Source: Eledone cirrhosa (taxonomy: Eukaryota). Taken from it: a DNA stretch of 64,000 nucleotides. The notes under the pieces were generated by a model, which saw nothing but the letters and a program-made list of their open reading frames with translations, ran no database searches and had not been told where the DNA came from. The position numbers and the translations under genes are program-made. The stretch is from NCBI GenBank assembly GCA_964016885.1, contig OZ024741.1, positions 231,198,001 to 231,262,000 on the forward strand, written 5' to 3'. Position 1 is the first letter of the stretch; the number at the start of each line of letters is the position of its first letter. This document shows positions 24,991 to 38,853 of the stretch, in pieces.

Positions 24991-26498
24991 TCTAAATCAG
25001 AGATGTCCCAGTTTATGTATTGTTACATAATCCTAACCTTAACCTTAACCCTAACCCTTCTGGACAATAGTGAATTAAGAGTTATTATTATTTTAATTTT
25101 ATCCTCGTTTCTTTTGCGAATGTGGTGCATTTACAAAATCGAATACATGTTTATCGGCTTTTGTTTGGAGTCTTTTCTTTCCTTGTTCAAATTTCCCCGG
25201 GGTTAACACTGGGGATCTATTCTATCTTTGATAGCCTGACTGTTTCAAAGTGTGTGACAGATATTTTGAAGTGATTTTCAAGCGATTCGCATTTCCATTC
25301 AATCCGTTTCATATTATTTACTAATGTATCTTTACTTCTGCCTCTTGCAACATATTGTATGTAATTCTATTCTCTAAATTGTTGACCAGTCAATTGATAG
25401 TTTGTTTCTAATTGATGATGTTGAAGCCATGTATGTCTTCTGTTCTAAAGGTATGAATAAATTTCAAAATGCTAAATGCATTGATATGGATTGTACGTAA
25501 CGTATGGTCTCCTGTGTTGTTAATTTTATGTTAATACATTTATAAGACCACGTGATTCTGGGCTTTCTTTTTTCTTCTTACTTATTTCTTCTTATCTTCG
25601 GTAAAATGTGATTTGAATAATATTTGGGTGCTAATTCTGGTAAATCATGTGACAGTGTAAAGGCACTGAAATGAAATTAGTGGATCATTGTAAAATAGTT
25701 TTAGTTAGAAGTTAAATTTTGGTTTTACCTTTTTGTCATTTCTGCACTGAGACTGGTGCAAATTGTAACTGGCATAGGTGTACACTTGTGGCCTATAATT
25801 GTTCATGAAACATACATATATAAATACATGCATATATATAGAGAACAAATGTAAATATACATACATATATAAATCTATAGATCACATCTGTCTACATAAG
25901 GCAGATAATATCATGAGATTTGTGAAGGAGATCCTTGAAAAAAATATTCCCTGCATGATAAGCAAAACCTCACACATGACAGCTGCATGCTTATCAGCCA
26001 AAAATCATATACAGCTATATTAGCAGAAAACATAAATCGTTGGAGTAATATAAATAAACAAAGTAGTTAATTTTGGACCAACAACCAGTACAATACCTCT
26101 CACCTGCAAGGATATTCTTTTGCAATCCCAAACCAAGAAGTAACAGTGAATATTTCATGCTCAAAAGAGATATGGATGCAGAAATTACACCCAGATTTTA
26201 TAACAGATGCTGAGTACATGGACGAAACCGATAAAACAGGGACAACTTTGATTTTACGCACTATTCACCTTTCATGCGTGAGAAATATAGTTCATCCAAA
26301 TCACCATTAATCTTTAAAATTTGCAATACTGAACAGCTTGCGAATCCATACATCCATTTCACTCAGTTCTTGCAACGACAACTTCATCGGGATGGGTACA
26401 TGTGGTTTGGGCAATTTGCTTGTTGTGCGCTGAGAGATAGAGAGGCAAACAGACATATTTACATATGTTAAAATTATATAATTGTTTACTGATTGCAG

Positions 26499-26633
26499 TG
26501 TGTCCTGGAGGTACGTTTGGACTTGGCTGCCTCAAATCGTGTAATTGCCTTAATGAAATGAAGTGTAACGTTTTCGATGGTACATGCTCTAAAGGATGTG
26601 CAGATGGATTCATAGGTAAAGACTGTCAAACGG
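26499..26633 (+). CDS. Exon, EGF-like module type C (135 bp, phase 1-1)
   Basis: TTGCAG| and |GTAAGT. (L)CPGGTFGLGCLKSCNCLNEMKCNVFDGTCSKGCADGFIGKDCQT. Confidence 0.9.
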
Positions 26634-26699
26634 GTAAGTATATTTTGTTTGCTAAAAATGAGTCAAATTCAGCTCCCCACCTCCTCATAAACACTTCAG

Positions 26700-29478
26700 A
26701 TTATCTAGTTCTAATTTTTATTATTTGGATGTGCAGGGTCGAACTAGAGAGAACATGCAGGTTAGGACCTGGATTGTCGAAGCCCAACATGTCGTTCCCA
26801 GCTGTTGATATTGGTGGAGGGGGTGTCAACAGCTTGTGGTAGGGCACTTTCTCTCGAGGGATTAGAGTAGTGTCGAAAGGTTTTAGAAAAGAAGTAGCGT
26901 TAGAGAAAAATAGAAAGGAGGGAGAGCTGGTAGCCAAATTACAAGAAGCTATTCGTAGTGGCATTGCTACTGACGTGCTCGTGGCGAGAATGGCATTAAA
27001 CCATTTCTTCAATGCAAAACACGATATTTGGATTGTCAGAGCTAAGGCACGTGCTCTACGAAACGAGGGAACCAAAGCTGTTCGATTTGCTCGAGGAGCG
27101 CAGGCGCAGCGTTGTCACAAAATCACAATTCAGTACTTGACGGACCGAAAGGAACGTGAGCTGAACGGTTGCAGGTAGATGTGTAAGGCTTTTCATCAGC
27201 ATTTTGCTCGGCTCTTCGAGGGAGGTGGGGGGTCGGAAATGTTGACAGATGTCTGTCCCTATCTCGACAGTCTATCGCGTCTCACGCCAGCCGTTGCTGG
27301 TTACTGTGAAAGGCCAATAACAACAGCCTAGATTCTGGATGCCTTACTCGGCTGCAGGAGGTGTGAATCATAGGGTTTGGATGGGCTGCCTTACGTGCTT
27401 TACATAGACATGCCAGCCTTGTTCTCCAATTTAATCGAAGCGCTCTACAGCAACTAGAAACAGAACATGATTATTCCCAGTTCTGTGAGCCGAGACGTAG
27501 TGACGCTGATTAGGAAAGACGAGATCAAGAGGGATACATTAGACAACGTCTGGCCCATAACTCTGATAAACACAGAATTTAAGATGTTGGCCAATGTGTT
27601 AGAAAAGAGGTTGGCATTTGTAGTCATGTATTAGGTAGAGGAGGTGCAAATATTAGCAATCCCGACCTAGACCATACTCACCAACCTCCATCTCATGCGA
27701 TACATCAGAGAGTGAGTAGGATGTAAACATGGCTTCAGTGGGGCTCTGGTCAAGTTAGATCAATCGAAAGCATTCGATATGTTCGACCCTCTATATCTAG
27801 ATGCTGTCCTCCAGACAGCTGGCTTCGGTACAATCTTCAGAAACTGGATGACTGCAATGCACAAAAGCATCTAATCATTGGACACAGTTAATGGCCACCC
27901 TTCGGAACCGTTTCAGAACTCTCGATCGGTCCGTCAAGGGTGCGTTTTGACACTCGAGCCTTTGCTGCGGAAGCTGGAGTTGTTGCAGAGTATCCCGCTC
28001 GAACCAGGATATGGAAGGGCAGCGTTAGCGTATGCGGACGACATCAATGTGAACGTGGTGACCACTTCGGTGATCGATGTGGTTGATACATTCTTGGAGG
28101 AATATGAAAGGTTGACGGGAGCAAAAGTAAGCCCGGAAAAGTTGGTGGACCTGCAGCTCTGCACCAGGACAGGCAAGTCGATGCCGTTCAACAGCGTCAT
28201 TGTGTACTGACCAGACGGACCTGTGAAGTTGTTCGGGGTCTGATCCGGACCTGGTCACCAGTTGGATGAGAATTGGGACGAGTTTACAATCTGGGGCTCA
28301 GTCTCACCCAGAAATGAGCCAAAGGAAACTGTCCCTGAAATGTTTAGAGGATGTAGCGTGTACGTAAATCGCATCCGTCATCTACTACATCCTGACTAAC
28401 GAGCCTTGCTCCCGTTCGTTCCTTACAAATTTGGAACGACTTCTTTTCAACTTCTTGTGGAAAGGACAGTTTCCGTTGATGAAGCGATCCATCAGCTGAC
28501 AGCACGCTCTATATGGAGGGTTAGGCATGCCATGGCTATTGATGCGCAAATATGCGCTCAGGCTGCGGCATCTCCAGATACACTGCCTAGACGGCGAACA
28601 TGTGTGGTCACCGTTTGTGAGACAGACCTTTCTAGAGAACATTTCGCCTGGCATTTAAAATGTTGCCAGGCGCTCACTTCCCTCCACCAGGTGGGCAATG
28701 CGGTCAGTGGAACTTCCACTCTTGACTTCTATAGAGGATTAGTGTCGGCCAAGTGCGACGATGCGCTCGGAGAGGCTCTGGGCGTAGCCGAAGTCGAACT
28801 AATCAGTGCGTTCCGGGTTGCACTGCCGGTACGGAATTGCTGTCAGACGGACCTGCCAAAGATGCGCGTAGAACAACGAAAGAGTTCTGCACGCACTTGT
28901 CCAGTGTCCGTGCATTACTGATTTGTGGATGTATGTCGAGCAGCTGTTATCGATGTGGGACGGATCTAGCTATCGATCGAATCCATGGAAAATATCGCCC
29001 CACCATCTTCTTTAGACTTGGAAGGGCGGGCAGATATCCTCTGTCTGTCTGGGGACAGTAGCGTAAGATGTTGTGTGTTGGACTGGATTGAAAGCACTGA
29101 CGACAGACTCTTTTCTCTTCGGCCAATCCCTCATCAACTTTTTAAAGTTTCACTTGAAAAGTAAGGTGAGGGTGGAGAGAGAAGTGCTGCCTCCCGGTAC
29201 ATTTGCTAACAAAGTGGGTGAATGTGGCAAGAATATCCCGCGCGAATGGGCCTACTCTAAGCATGCGCCTGTGGGCAGTTTAACTAGAGGAAGATAGGGA
29301 TGGCGTTCCCGGTTACCCTCGAAGTTTCGGGTGTTTCAGGATTGGTGGGGTACCTGAGTCGCCCTTGGGTGGTCCCCCCTTCCTCATTGGGGAATTGTTT
29401 TTGTTATTATGTATTTTCACTCAAATTTATTGTCTCCCTATATGTCGGCCCTACTGGCCAATAAATGAAACCATTATT
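26700..29478 (+). mobile_element. 5'-truncated degenerate Tx1/L1-clade LINE (same family as 60017-64000)
   Basis: VALEKNRKEGELVAKL..ARMALNHFFNAKH; RQGC..LEPLLRKLELLQ..AYADDI. 3' end GGCCAATAAATGAAACCATTATT matches the reverse of 60010-60030. Confidence 0.85.
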
Positions 29479-29599
29479 TGAGGAGAAAGAATGGAATGTA
29501 AAATAAGGAAGTATAAAAGGAAGGAAAAGGCAACGGCTCTAGTGTCCCAGAAGAATGTAACGGGGAAGGGCAATTTTTCCTTGGGCTTAAGGTGACTGA

Positions 29600-30108
29600 A
29601 CTGCGCTCCACTGACAGAACCACAAAAGCATTCCCGCCGACAATGGCCAGCGACACCTGCTTCAACAGCCACCCCGCCCCGCAGGGATCATTTCTTAGAC
29701 GGATCACCGACGTTTGGATCTTACAGCGGAGCTCGGCAATACGGGATTCAAGTACGCCTGTGGACTCCTTGGCGACCGGTATTTGTTTTTATTCCTTTCT
29801 CCTGCATAGCAGGCCGCGGTACCGTGGTTTGTGACCGAGGTGACTGTGTTGGGGCGCAGAACGTGTCACAATGGGTGGCGTACGCTATTAGGGATCTACC
29901 TTATTCGAATAGGAAGAGGGCGAATCCATCAGGGCGCTTGCCGTCTCCGCAGTCAAGGCCTGCTGGTTCCAGTTGTGATGGGAAATCCGTTGCGTTCATG
30001 CTTCTGCCTCATATATTTATGAGAGCGGCATGTTGGGGCAGCCACGAAGAACCACACAGAAAGATGGAGCGGGTGGCCCCGAGCCATACGGTCCCCCAAA
30101 AACCATGA
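29600..30108 (-). mobile_element. CRE-like RLE fragment, copy 2
   Basis: Colinear with 15770-16304; minus strand encodes LEPAGLDCGDGKRPDG. Confidence 0.65.
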
Positions 30109-30144
30109 TGAATTAAAGAAAATGATCGCTTATGTGGTGAGGCC

Positions 30145-31660
30145 AGTATAATCTAACCCTTAAGGAACATATGTTTAAATTTAAGGGCAAAACATATGCC
30201 CAAGAGGAGGCGGCAGCCATTGGCATTAACATTGCAGGTGACATAGTTAACCTCTTTATAGTATTGTGGGACAGAAGACTTAAGGATCAATTAGACGACA
30301 AGTCTCTAACGCTGACTATGTACCGCTGCTACATAGATGACATAAATATCGTAGTAAAAAAAACCCACAGGAGGGCACTCAGAACTTAAAGAAAACATCA
30401 AGGAAAGCATCTAACAAATAGCGAAATCCATCCACCAGATTATTAAAGTTACTATACGAGTATACTACCAACCTAAAAACCCCAACCACAGATTACTATA
30501 CTAGTCACAGAACTCTGGTTGGAAACACCCCCATTTGCAGCATGCTAAACCCATGACAGCAAAACACCTGATCCATTGAAACTAAGCTGTTTCTGATCAC
30601 ATAATAATTGACGTATTCATTGCGGAGTTAGTAAGAGTGACGAGGAACGTGTCCCGCATGTGCAACCCCAAATAATTAGAGAGACACTTACAACACTTCA
30701 TCCACCGCATGCAGTTCACTAGCTACAATCAGAAGGCAAATATCAGGGTATATAAAGCAGCTAGAACCAAACGGGCAACCCTTTTAGAAAATGATGCGAA
30801 TGGGATTTGCCCCACGTATAGTGAGAAATTTGGGAACAGAATAGAAAGGATTTGGTATAAGGCAAATAAAGTAAACTAATGGTATGATAGCAATAAATAC
30901 CAAAGTGTAATATTCGTCAATACAAACCCTTGAGGCGAACTAGCTTACATATTTAAATGGGTCTTAGACAAGCTCAAAATACATATTAAGATAGTTGAAA
31001 GAACAGGAATTCTCATAAAAACCCTAATTCGTTAAACATACCCCTTTCAACGAACCCCTGCATAACTAGGAACCTATTGTATAGCATAAGATGTACTGAG
31101 GGAGTGAGTACGAATAAGAACATAACATACATAGTTGAAACTAGGATAAGTAAACACTGGCGATAACTCCAGGATGGGAAAAACTCATGAGTACTCCACC
31201 AACATGCCAAAATAGAACATAAGGGCACGTTAGAGAACAGAGATGAAAATGATATCCACACACAGAAGAGATGCAGTGATAAGACAAATCACTGAGGCGC
31301 AAACATAAACAAACTCCAACTAAACTTAAACAGAATACATGAGTGGAATAGCATCATCACAACTAGTAATAAACGACAAAATGAAGACATCCACACCAAA
31401 CAAACATATCAAATCAGACATACACATATAGAACAAAAAACCAGCTCATGATAGGTATAGTAACGCATGCGCAAACTAAGCACACAACACACAAAACCAA
31501 GATGGTATAGGACAGAACTCAGGATAGACAATATAAAAACGTAGTTACTGTGGCGGTCACAGAATATGTGACGAAAGAGTTTTGGTTATCGAACCAAACA
31601 GCCAACCAGAAATGTATAATAAATTGAAGCGAAAACCAACAGGTGCGTGTGTCATAATAA
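30145..31660 (+). mobile_element. PLE RT + GIY-YIG relic with 3' tail, copy 2
   Basis: YAQEEAAAIG..YRCYIDDINIVV. Downstream HQHAKIEH and LNLNRIHEWN. Tail with AATAAA before (TA)n. Confidence 0.75.
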
Positions 31661-31713
<53 letters not shown>

Positions 31714-31719
31714 TTATAA

Positions 31720-32800
31720 GAATCAAAGTTCTGTTCAAATCATTTATATGCTTACAATTGTTTCCTCCAAACCGAGGTTTGGATTCTTCGGAGCAATTTA
31801 TTAATGAATGATCACATATATGACCACCTTTTCAACTCAAGAGACATACAGATACATATGCAAATATTGTTGCTTGGTGGGTCGACATCCATTATAACAT
31901 TTAGCGTGGCAGTATACATTTAAAGATTACATTCATATCAAAAGAGGATAAAATTAAAAATTAAAGTTAAAATACATGAAATTAATGCGATAGGATAGTC
32001 AGAAGCAGTTAGTGTGTGCAATAGTTACACGTGTGGCAAGCACGTGTGTCTTATTTATATAATACTATAGTGCGGCAGGGTGTTACATGTAATACAAGCA
32101 CTTTAAGAGGGTAATCAAGAGTATTAAGGGGGTTGAACTGGTAATGTATCTTTTATATGAATGTTATAGAAGCTTGTGTGTAGAGAAATATTATAAATAT
32201 TAAAAATATTAGAAATGTGTAGCAATGCGATGATATGGTTTTCGTGTACAGCACCATTTTCACAGTCAGGAGAGCGTAATATCTAGATTACATGCCCCTC
32301 ACATAATCCACGACGATTCAATATTGGACGTTTGATGATTCTGATAGAGTATCATAGTCTGTTGGTCTTTAGTCCAATATAGCAGGTTGTTTAAGTTGCG
32401 AGAATCAACATCGTATTATTTTCCGGAAGTGTGTGTGTGCCTAAGGGGAGTTAATGCGTGAGGGGATGTAACTCACTGATTTCTATAACTAAATATACAT
32501 TAAATGGTGTCTCAAAAGATTCCCTATCTTATATGTTTATAAACCTTTTCTAAAAATTTAAAGTGTCCTATCTATAATGTAGTCTATCAAGAAGTATTAA
32601 AGGTGTTCATATTAGGGTGATTATCCTCCATTATAGAGCGCCACAATTGAATATTTCACACGAAGAGCCATATCTCCAAACCAATGATCATTGTAATTGT
32701 AGTCTACTCGTAGAACCTGGCAGGGTTATTATAGAATCACTTCTATATATAATAATTCCTGGTAAGCTCTGGGTCAGTGCATGTCAGATTGGATGTCAAA
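31720..32800 (-). mobile_element. Degenerate PLE 3' relic
   Basis: Minus strand CYIGLKTNRL*YSIRIIKR (GIY-YIG-like) near 32325-32387, with a hammerhead motif in its downstream tail. Confidence 0.5.
31749..31795 (-). ncRNA. Minimal type I hammerhead-ribozyme-like motif (PLE-associated)
   Basis: Minus strand TGCT-CCGAAGA-a-TCCAAAC-ctcg-GTTTGGA-g-GAAAC-aatt-GTA-AGCA: stem I, strong stem II, palindromic CAATTG stem III. Core U4>C deviation. Confidence 0.65.
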
Positions 32801-32892
32801 GTTAACTATCACATACATACATTTATTATGACCATTCGTGCGCTTTTTTACTCTAAAGTTACACTTGTGCACGCACAGACCACCGACCAGCA

Positions 32893-32939
32893 TTGTCTGA
32901 TGATCCTGTGAGTACGCTGATGAAACTTCAGAGTAACAA
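32893..32939 (+). ncRNA. Type I hammerhead-ribozyme-like motif
   Basis: TTGT-CTGATGA-tcctgtgagtacgctgat-GAAACT-tcag-AGTA-ACAA: canonical core and stems I/III; stem II is weak. Confidence 0.6.
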
Positions 32940-33259
32940 GGCTCATGACTTAGCCATATTAAATGAATATTTAAACTCTACTTCGGTCTTCAGATTTCAT
33001 TCTTATGTCCGACAATAATTCACGTTCTCCCGGGTATTGAATAATCGACACTTCACCCGCTTATACATTTTTCAGAATTGCTTCCCCCCCGCTTATAAAA
33101 TGTTGCTAAACTATCTCCAGTGAAATTGTATTTAAGTGAGTCATAGTGATACAGCAACTGGAGAATCTAATAAAAATGTTATTTTACATTTTAAAAAAAC
33201 ATTGTACTGATTTCCTAACCTTATTCCAAGCGCTCCTTTTATTTGGCACCCGAGACTAC

Positions 33260-35385
33260 TACCGAACCCTCCTGCTCTCTATGTCTATCACACAAAATTC
33301 TCCTTTAATACCCTTCTCTATATCTACCATGACATCGCCTTTCTTATCCACCTCACTGCATCTACTACACGACACTCTCCCATTATCCCTCTCTCTATAT
33401 CTACAACCGCCAAACTCAACCCCTCTCTATATCTAACATACGAAACACTCCCCCAATCCTCCTCTTTATATCAATCATGCCCAAACACTCCCCTTGCAAT
33501 CTCTACCCCAAGACACTATCTCATTATCTTCCTCACTCTATCTATCACCAGCAAACTCTCTCCCTCTCTATACCCAATATACAACACTATTATAATTCTC
33601 TCTCTTTATCAATTACTACTACAGTAGGCATCTCTATATCAATTACCACCAAACTATCCGCCTCTCGATATCTACTATGCAGAAGACTCTCTCATACCCT
33701 CTCACTCTATTCATTACCACCAAACTCTCCTCCTCTCTACATCAACAATACAACACTGTCTCCCATTACCCCCTCTTTATATCTACTACAAGGAACAATT
33801 CAAATCCCCCTCTCTATATAAGTTAACACCCAAATCCACCCACTCTATATGTACTACACTGAGCTCTCTTCCAATCCCTCTCTCTATATAAATTATCTCC
33901 AAACTCTCCCCCTCTATATATCTATTTATACCTATCACTCCAAATATCCCACATTATCCATCAGCACTTAACTCTCATCCCCTCTATATCTACAACACGG
34001 CTCTCTCCCATTACCCCCTCTTTATTTCAATAAACATCAATTTCTCCGCCTCTCTCTATCTAATATACAACACACTTTCCCAACACTCCATCTCTATATC
34101 AATTATGCCACACAACACTCACATTCTCTATATCTACCATACGACACTCTCTCTCAATGCATCTTACTCTATCCATCACCAGTCAACGCTCCTCTCTATA
34201 TATAATATACAACACACTCTCCAAACACCCTTACTCAATCTATTACCACCAAACTCTCCCCTCTATATATATAAATCACCGCTACGCTCTCCCACTCTCT
34301 ATAACTATTCACGGCACAGTCTCGTTCATCCCGCTCTCTACATCTACCACACACCATTCTCTCATTATACCCTTCTCTAAATCAATCACCAGTAATCTCT
34401 CCGCTTCTCTATATTTATTGCACAAAGCTCTCTCTCAATCTACCATGAAACACTTTATTTATATACATATCTTTCATACAAAACACTCTCCTTATTTCCT
34501 CATAAAACCCATTACCACCAAACTCTCCATCTTTCTATATTTACCACACGGCACACTCTCGTTATCCTTCTCCATTAACACTCTCTCTATGTCTATCACA
34601 CAAAGCTCTCTCCTAATACACCTCTCTCTATCTACTACCACTAAACTCTCCCCCTCTCTCACATATATTTCTACCTATCTCTCCTAATCGCCTTCACTTT
34701 ATATATCACCAGCAAATTCCCCCTCCCTATATCTATCACAACACTGTCTCTCTCAATTCCCCTCACACTATCTAACAGCATTAACCACTCACCCTCTCTA
34801 TATCTATCTACACTTCTCTCTCCCAAGCCCACTCCCTATATCAATCACCACCAAATTCTCCTCTTCTCTATATCCACTACAAGAGACTCTCTTATTATCC
34901 CCCTCCCTATAACTACAACCACCATACTCTCACCCTCTCTGTATCTAATATACAACACTCTCTATATATCAATCAATACTACATTTTCCCCTCTCTATAT
35001 CTACCACACTCCTAATCTACCTCCCTGTATTAATTACTACTACACTCGTCAACTCTTTATATCTACCATAGAAAACACTCACTGAACGCCCCTCTCTGTA
35101 TCCGTATGCCAACAAACTCACCTCTCTCTATATCTACCATACAACACTGTCTTCAATAACCCTTTCTCTATCAATTATCACTCAACTCTCTAATTCTCTA
35201 TATCTACTCGAGAGTACACTCTTCTTATCCTACTCTCTATATCAATTAACACTAAACTCTCCCCTCTTTAAATCAATTACGGTACTGTCTCTCTCAATCC
35301 CTATCTAGACCAACCACCACTACACTCTCACCAATCTATATCTACCAATCATCAATCTCTTTCAATTCTGTCTCACTATCAATCA
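33260..35385. repeat. Degenerate C/T-rich minisatellite (~35-40 bp units, CTCTCTATATCTACCAC / AAACTCTCCC)
   Basis: Repeated motifs over ~2.1 kb with very few G on the plus strand. Confidence 0.85.
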
Positions 35386-35795
35386 CTCTCAGGTTTTCAA
35401 GAATCGTCCCCCGCTTATTAATTCATCAGAACCCACCTCCACCCGTTTTTATTCCACCCCACCCACTTATTAAATTTTGCCAACCTATCTCTGGCGAAAT
35501 TTTATTGTAAGTGATTCATATTGATACAGCAGCTGGAGAATCAAATAATAATTTTATTTTCATTAAAAAAACATTTGACCCCCCCAAAAAGAACATTACA
35601 GGGAATCCCATATTTACGAACGTACACTATACAATTACTTATACCCCAATTCCACTTATACATACTTAAGCATATGTCCAAACACCGCATATTTCACCCC
35701 CTACTCATTGGGACCCGCCAGTATATACCTATCTATCTATTTGTCTATCTATCTATATATATATTTTACCAACCTTCCATGTGTATATATATATA

Positions 35796-35834
<39 letters not shown>

Positions 35835-36282
35835 TCTTCCTGCTATATCAAGCGTTAACCTAATATTTCCCTTCCAAATACTGTACCGATTGTGTTATTA
35901 TTTCTGTTTACGTTTTACATATATATATATACCTATTTATAATACAATAATAGAGATAGCTTCAAGCTAAACTCCGACTGGTAACCATCTCACTCAACAA
36001 ACATTGGGTTATACGTTAGTATAAACCCAATTTAAGTGTTTGGGGTGCTAACTATATGTATTTTGTGGAAAGCCAGTTGTATTATTTTATATGAGATATA
36101 ATTAAAGTTAAAATATATCTCTCTTTCCAAACAAGTGTTTCATTATAAGTTTTCTACAAGTTGGGAGAATGTTTCCAGTTCATGTAGAAGCCTAACATAT
36201 TTTCATGTAAGAATATATTTAGGTGGGCACTTATAAATCTTCAGTGGAAGCCCATATATACCTATATATACCTATATATACC

Positions 36283-36383
<101 letters not shown>

Positions 36384-36899
36384 GTGCGTGTGCGTGGGTG
36401 CGTATGTATACATGAGTGGTGGAGACATTTCTAAATTGTGAGGGGTGTGGACGGGCCAAATTTGGTCAATTTAGTTGTAGTGTTTAGATTAGCTATTTGT
36501 TCTCTAAAATGGCCAGGCAATTATATTTGAGTCCAAGCAGCTCATGTTACATTTACAGCTTTTAACAATTATAAAGCAATCATAACAATATAACCTATGA
36601 AATATGTCTCTGGATTCACATTCTAGTAATTGGCAAATAGTGGTATGTGAAGAAAAAGTTATGATATGACAAAATCATTTACTATGAAGGTTACCATAAT
36701 ATATTATCAAATATCAACCATAATATATAAAAAAACCAACGATATGCAATAACCATAACATGTTCACAAACTATAGCGCATATACAAATAAATGTGTGTT
36801 TTGGTAGTTTGGGGAGAAAATATAATTATAGGGGTGTGGTGGTCCTCACATTGTGCTTGTTTGCCTAATTAATATTAATCAGCATTTACAGGTAAATGC

Positions 36900-38500
36900 A
36901 TATAATTAATGCAGGTAGACAGACTGTTGGTCCTGCTAAGAGCCTAGAGTGATCTTAGAAAGTAAGTAGAGATAGATACAGATAAGTCCAGGAGGAGAGG
37001 ATCCATCTAGAATCCAACGATGTAAAGTTACTTTCCAAATAGTTCCGTTCTCAGATGTAGAGAAGACGCAAAGAAGTCAGCCGCTTTCTTAATTATTTGC
37101 CACTCCCTCAGTGTATCCCAAGTCTCATTCAAATAGAGACTGCAAATGCAGGACCACCTCCGTCTGGGGTTAGATCACGAACCTTTGAGTACGGTGTCTT
37201 ATCTAAATTAATCGACAAGATCAGCTGCGAAGGGATGTGCGTTTTTGTTTATCGATCTCGTTATAGGAGATACGGCAATTGTACCACATGTTCTTTAAGT
37301 TTGTCAACGCAGCTCCTATGTCTCTATACGTCGATTAGGGGTTAGTAACGTTGTCCAGGTAGATTTTTCACCACGTATTTATTTCAAAGCGGAACAGAGT
37401 CAGGGTTTCTGCAGTTGCATAAACTGGTCTACACCAGTGAATCGCCTGTGGGATGTATAACAGGGAAGCCGAAGGGGTCGGTCACAATAACTTGCAGAGA
37501 GACCCCAACGCTGTCATAGTTCGCTTGGGTGGTCACAGGGACAGTGTTAACTGAACCAGGCATAGGTCGATTCAGTCTAGTACTAGCTAGCTCGTGTCCC
37601 AATCAACATATCTTATTATTTTCTGTGTTAGCTATGTTTCGGAATATGCGTGTGGTGGAGTACAAGAGCTTCACCGTGTGCATATTCAACATGTTATGGT
37701 ATCTGAGTCCTCGGAAAGCATTTATCTAGCGCCATAAAGGATAAACTGACGAGGCTACACTGCAGTGCCCCAGATTATACAAGATTATACATATATGTCA
37801 ATTTCTGTTGTTGGGGATTCATGGGGTCTTCTTCGCCTTGAGTATAGTCGTTATCACATCGTATGGTAACACATTCTTGTGCAATCCATACCCCGACTGT
37901 TGGACAGCACTGGTTAGCTCCAGTATGTCTACGCTGAAGTGTTTCATAGCCCGCCCAATTGTGTGTTCTGTGGATGTGATCGCATGGTTTTGGGTGGTTT
38001 GAGGCGTCATCCCTCCAGTCCTGTGTTGAGCATTTATTTAGCGAATGCTGGAAAGCGTTTTTAGTCTCTTTGGTGTTAGACTATCTCTAACTTCTGGATT
38101 CCTGAAGTTTTCGGTAATTACCTGCATCTATTTAAAAGGCTGGTCTCAAAATATTTATTTACTATAGCAAAAAACCCAATATGTATTTCTATGTCCTAGT
38201 TACTTCATTATATCACGAGGAAAGACTTTGTCGGATTCATCAGGGGTGGTTTGCTAAATTTGTTCATCGATAACAGATTTACGACAAATAAAATCAGAGA
38301 ATAGAAAATAGACTTGATTCGGTGATGGCCAACCAATTTGATTTTATTGCCATGAACCAAACAATCTGGAGAGTTCATAAATAACTCCTTGATATATAAG
38401 GTCATATGTAGCCCTGAACGTTAGGATCCATGTTTTGAGGTAGATCCAGTTTCAGCATCTCGCACCGGCTCGGAGCAGTACGTTACTCTAATATTATGGT
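36900..38500 (-). mobile_element. Possible very degenerate retroelement relic
   Basis: GC-richer, coding-like stretch with short minus ORFs; no clean motif recovered. Confidence 0.25.
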
Positions 38501-38718
38501 TAGTGCCTCAGTTTTCCATTACATCACTAATGATTCGACCCCAAGGCGAAAAGAAATCTATTCGGCTAGTGTCTTTTACCAATGGGTAGATCTGGTTATT
38601 CCGGTTAACAACAATTATGTTATGAACTAAAGCACTCGAGCTATGCAAAACATCCACTGTAGACAATTAATACGGATCGTTTTACATGAAAACTAATGGA
38701 CATGCATATTTCTTTCAG

Positions 38719-38853
38719 AATGTAAGCTGGGAACGTATGGTACCTCTTGTAGAGAGAGTTGTAATTGTCGAGATCATAAGGCCTGCAACCGAGTCACTGG
38801 AGTATGCCCATCTGGATGCCCACTTGGCTTTACAACACCCACATGCCAAACAA
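38719..38853 (+). CDS. Exon, EGF-like module type A (135 bp, phase 1-1), older paralog
   Basis: TTTCTTTCAG| and |GTTGGT. (E)CKLGTYGTSCRESCNCRDHKACNRVTGVCPSGCPLGFTTPTCQT. The listed ORF there is in another frame. Confidence 0.9.

Noticed and set aside
25029-25058. TAACCT/TAACCC telomere-like repeats
   Set aside because: Only about four imperfect units, interstitial; insufficient support.
33146-34687. Leu/Ser/Pro/Thr-rich ORFs; regularly spaced repeats that might suggest a CRISPR array
   Set aside because: Degenerate minisatellite with no invariant repeat/unique spacer structure, no cas genes, and a eukaryotic context.
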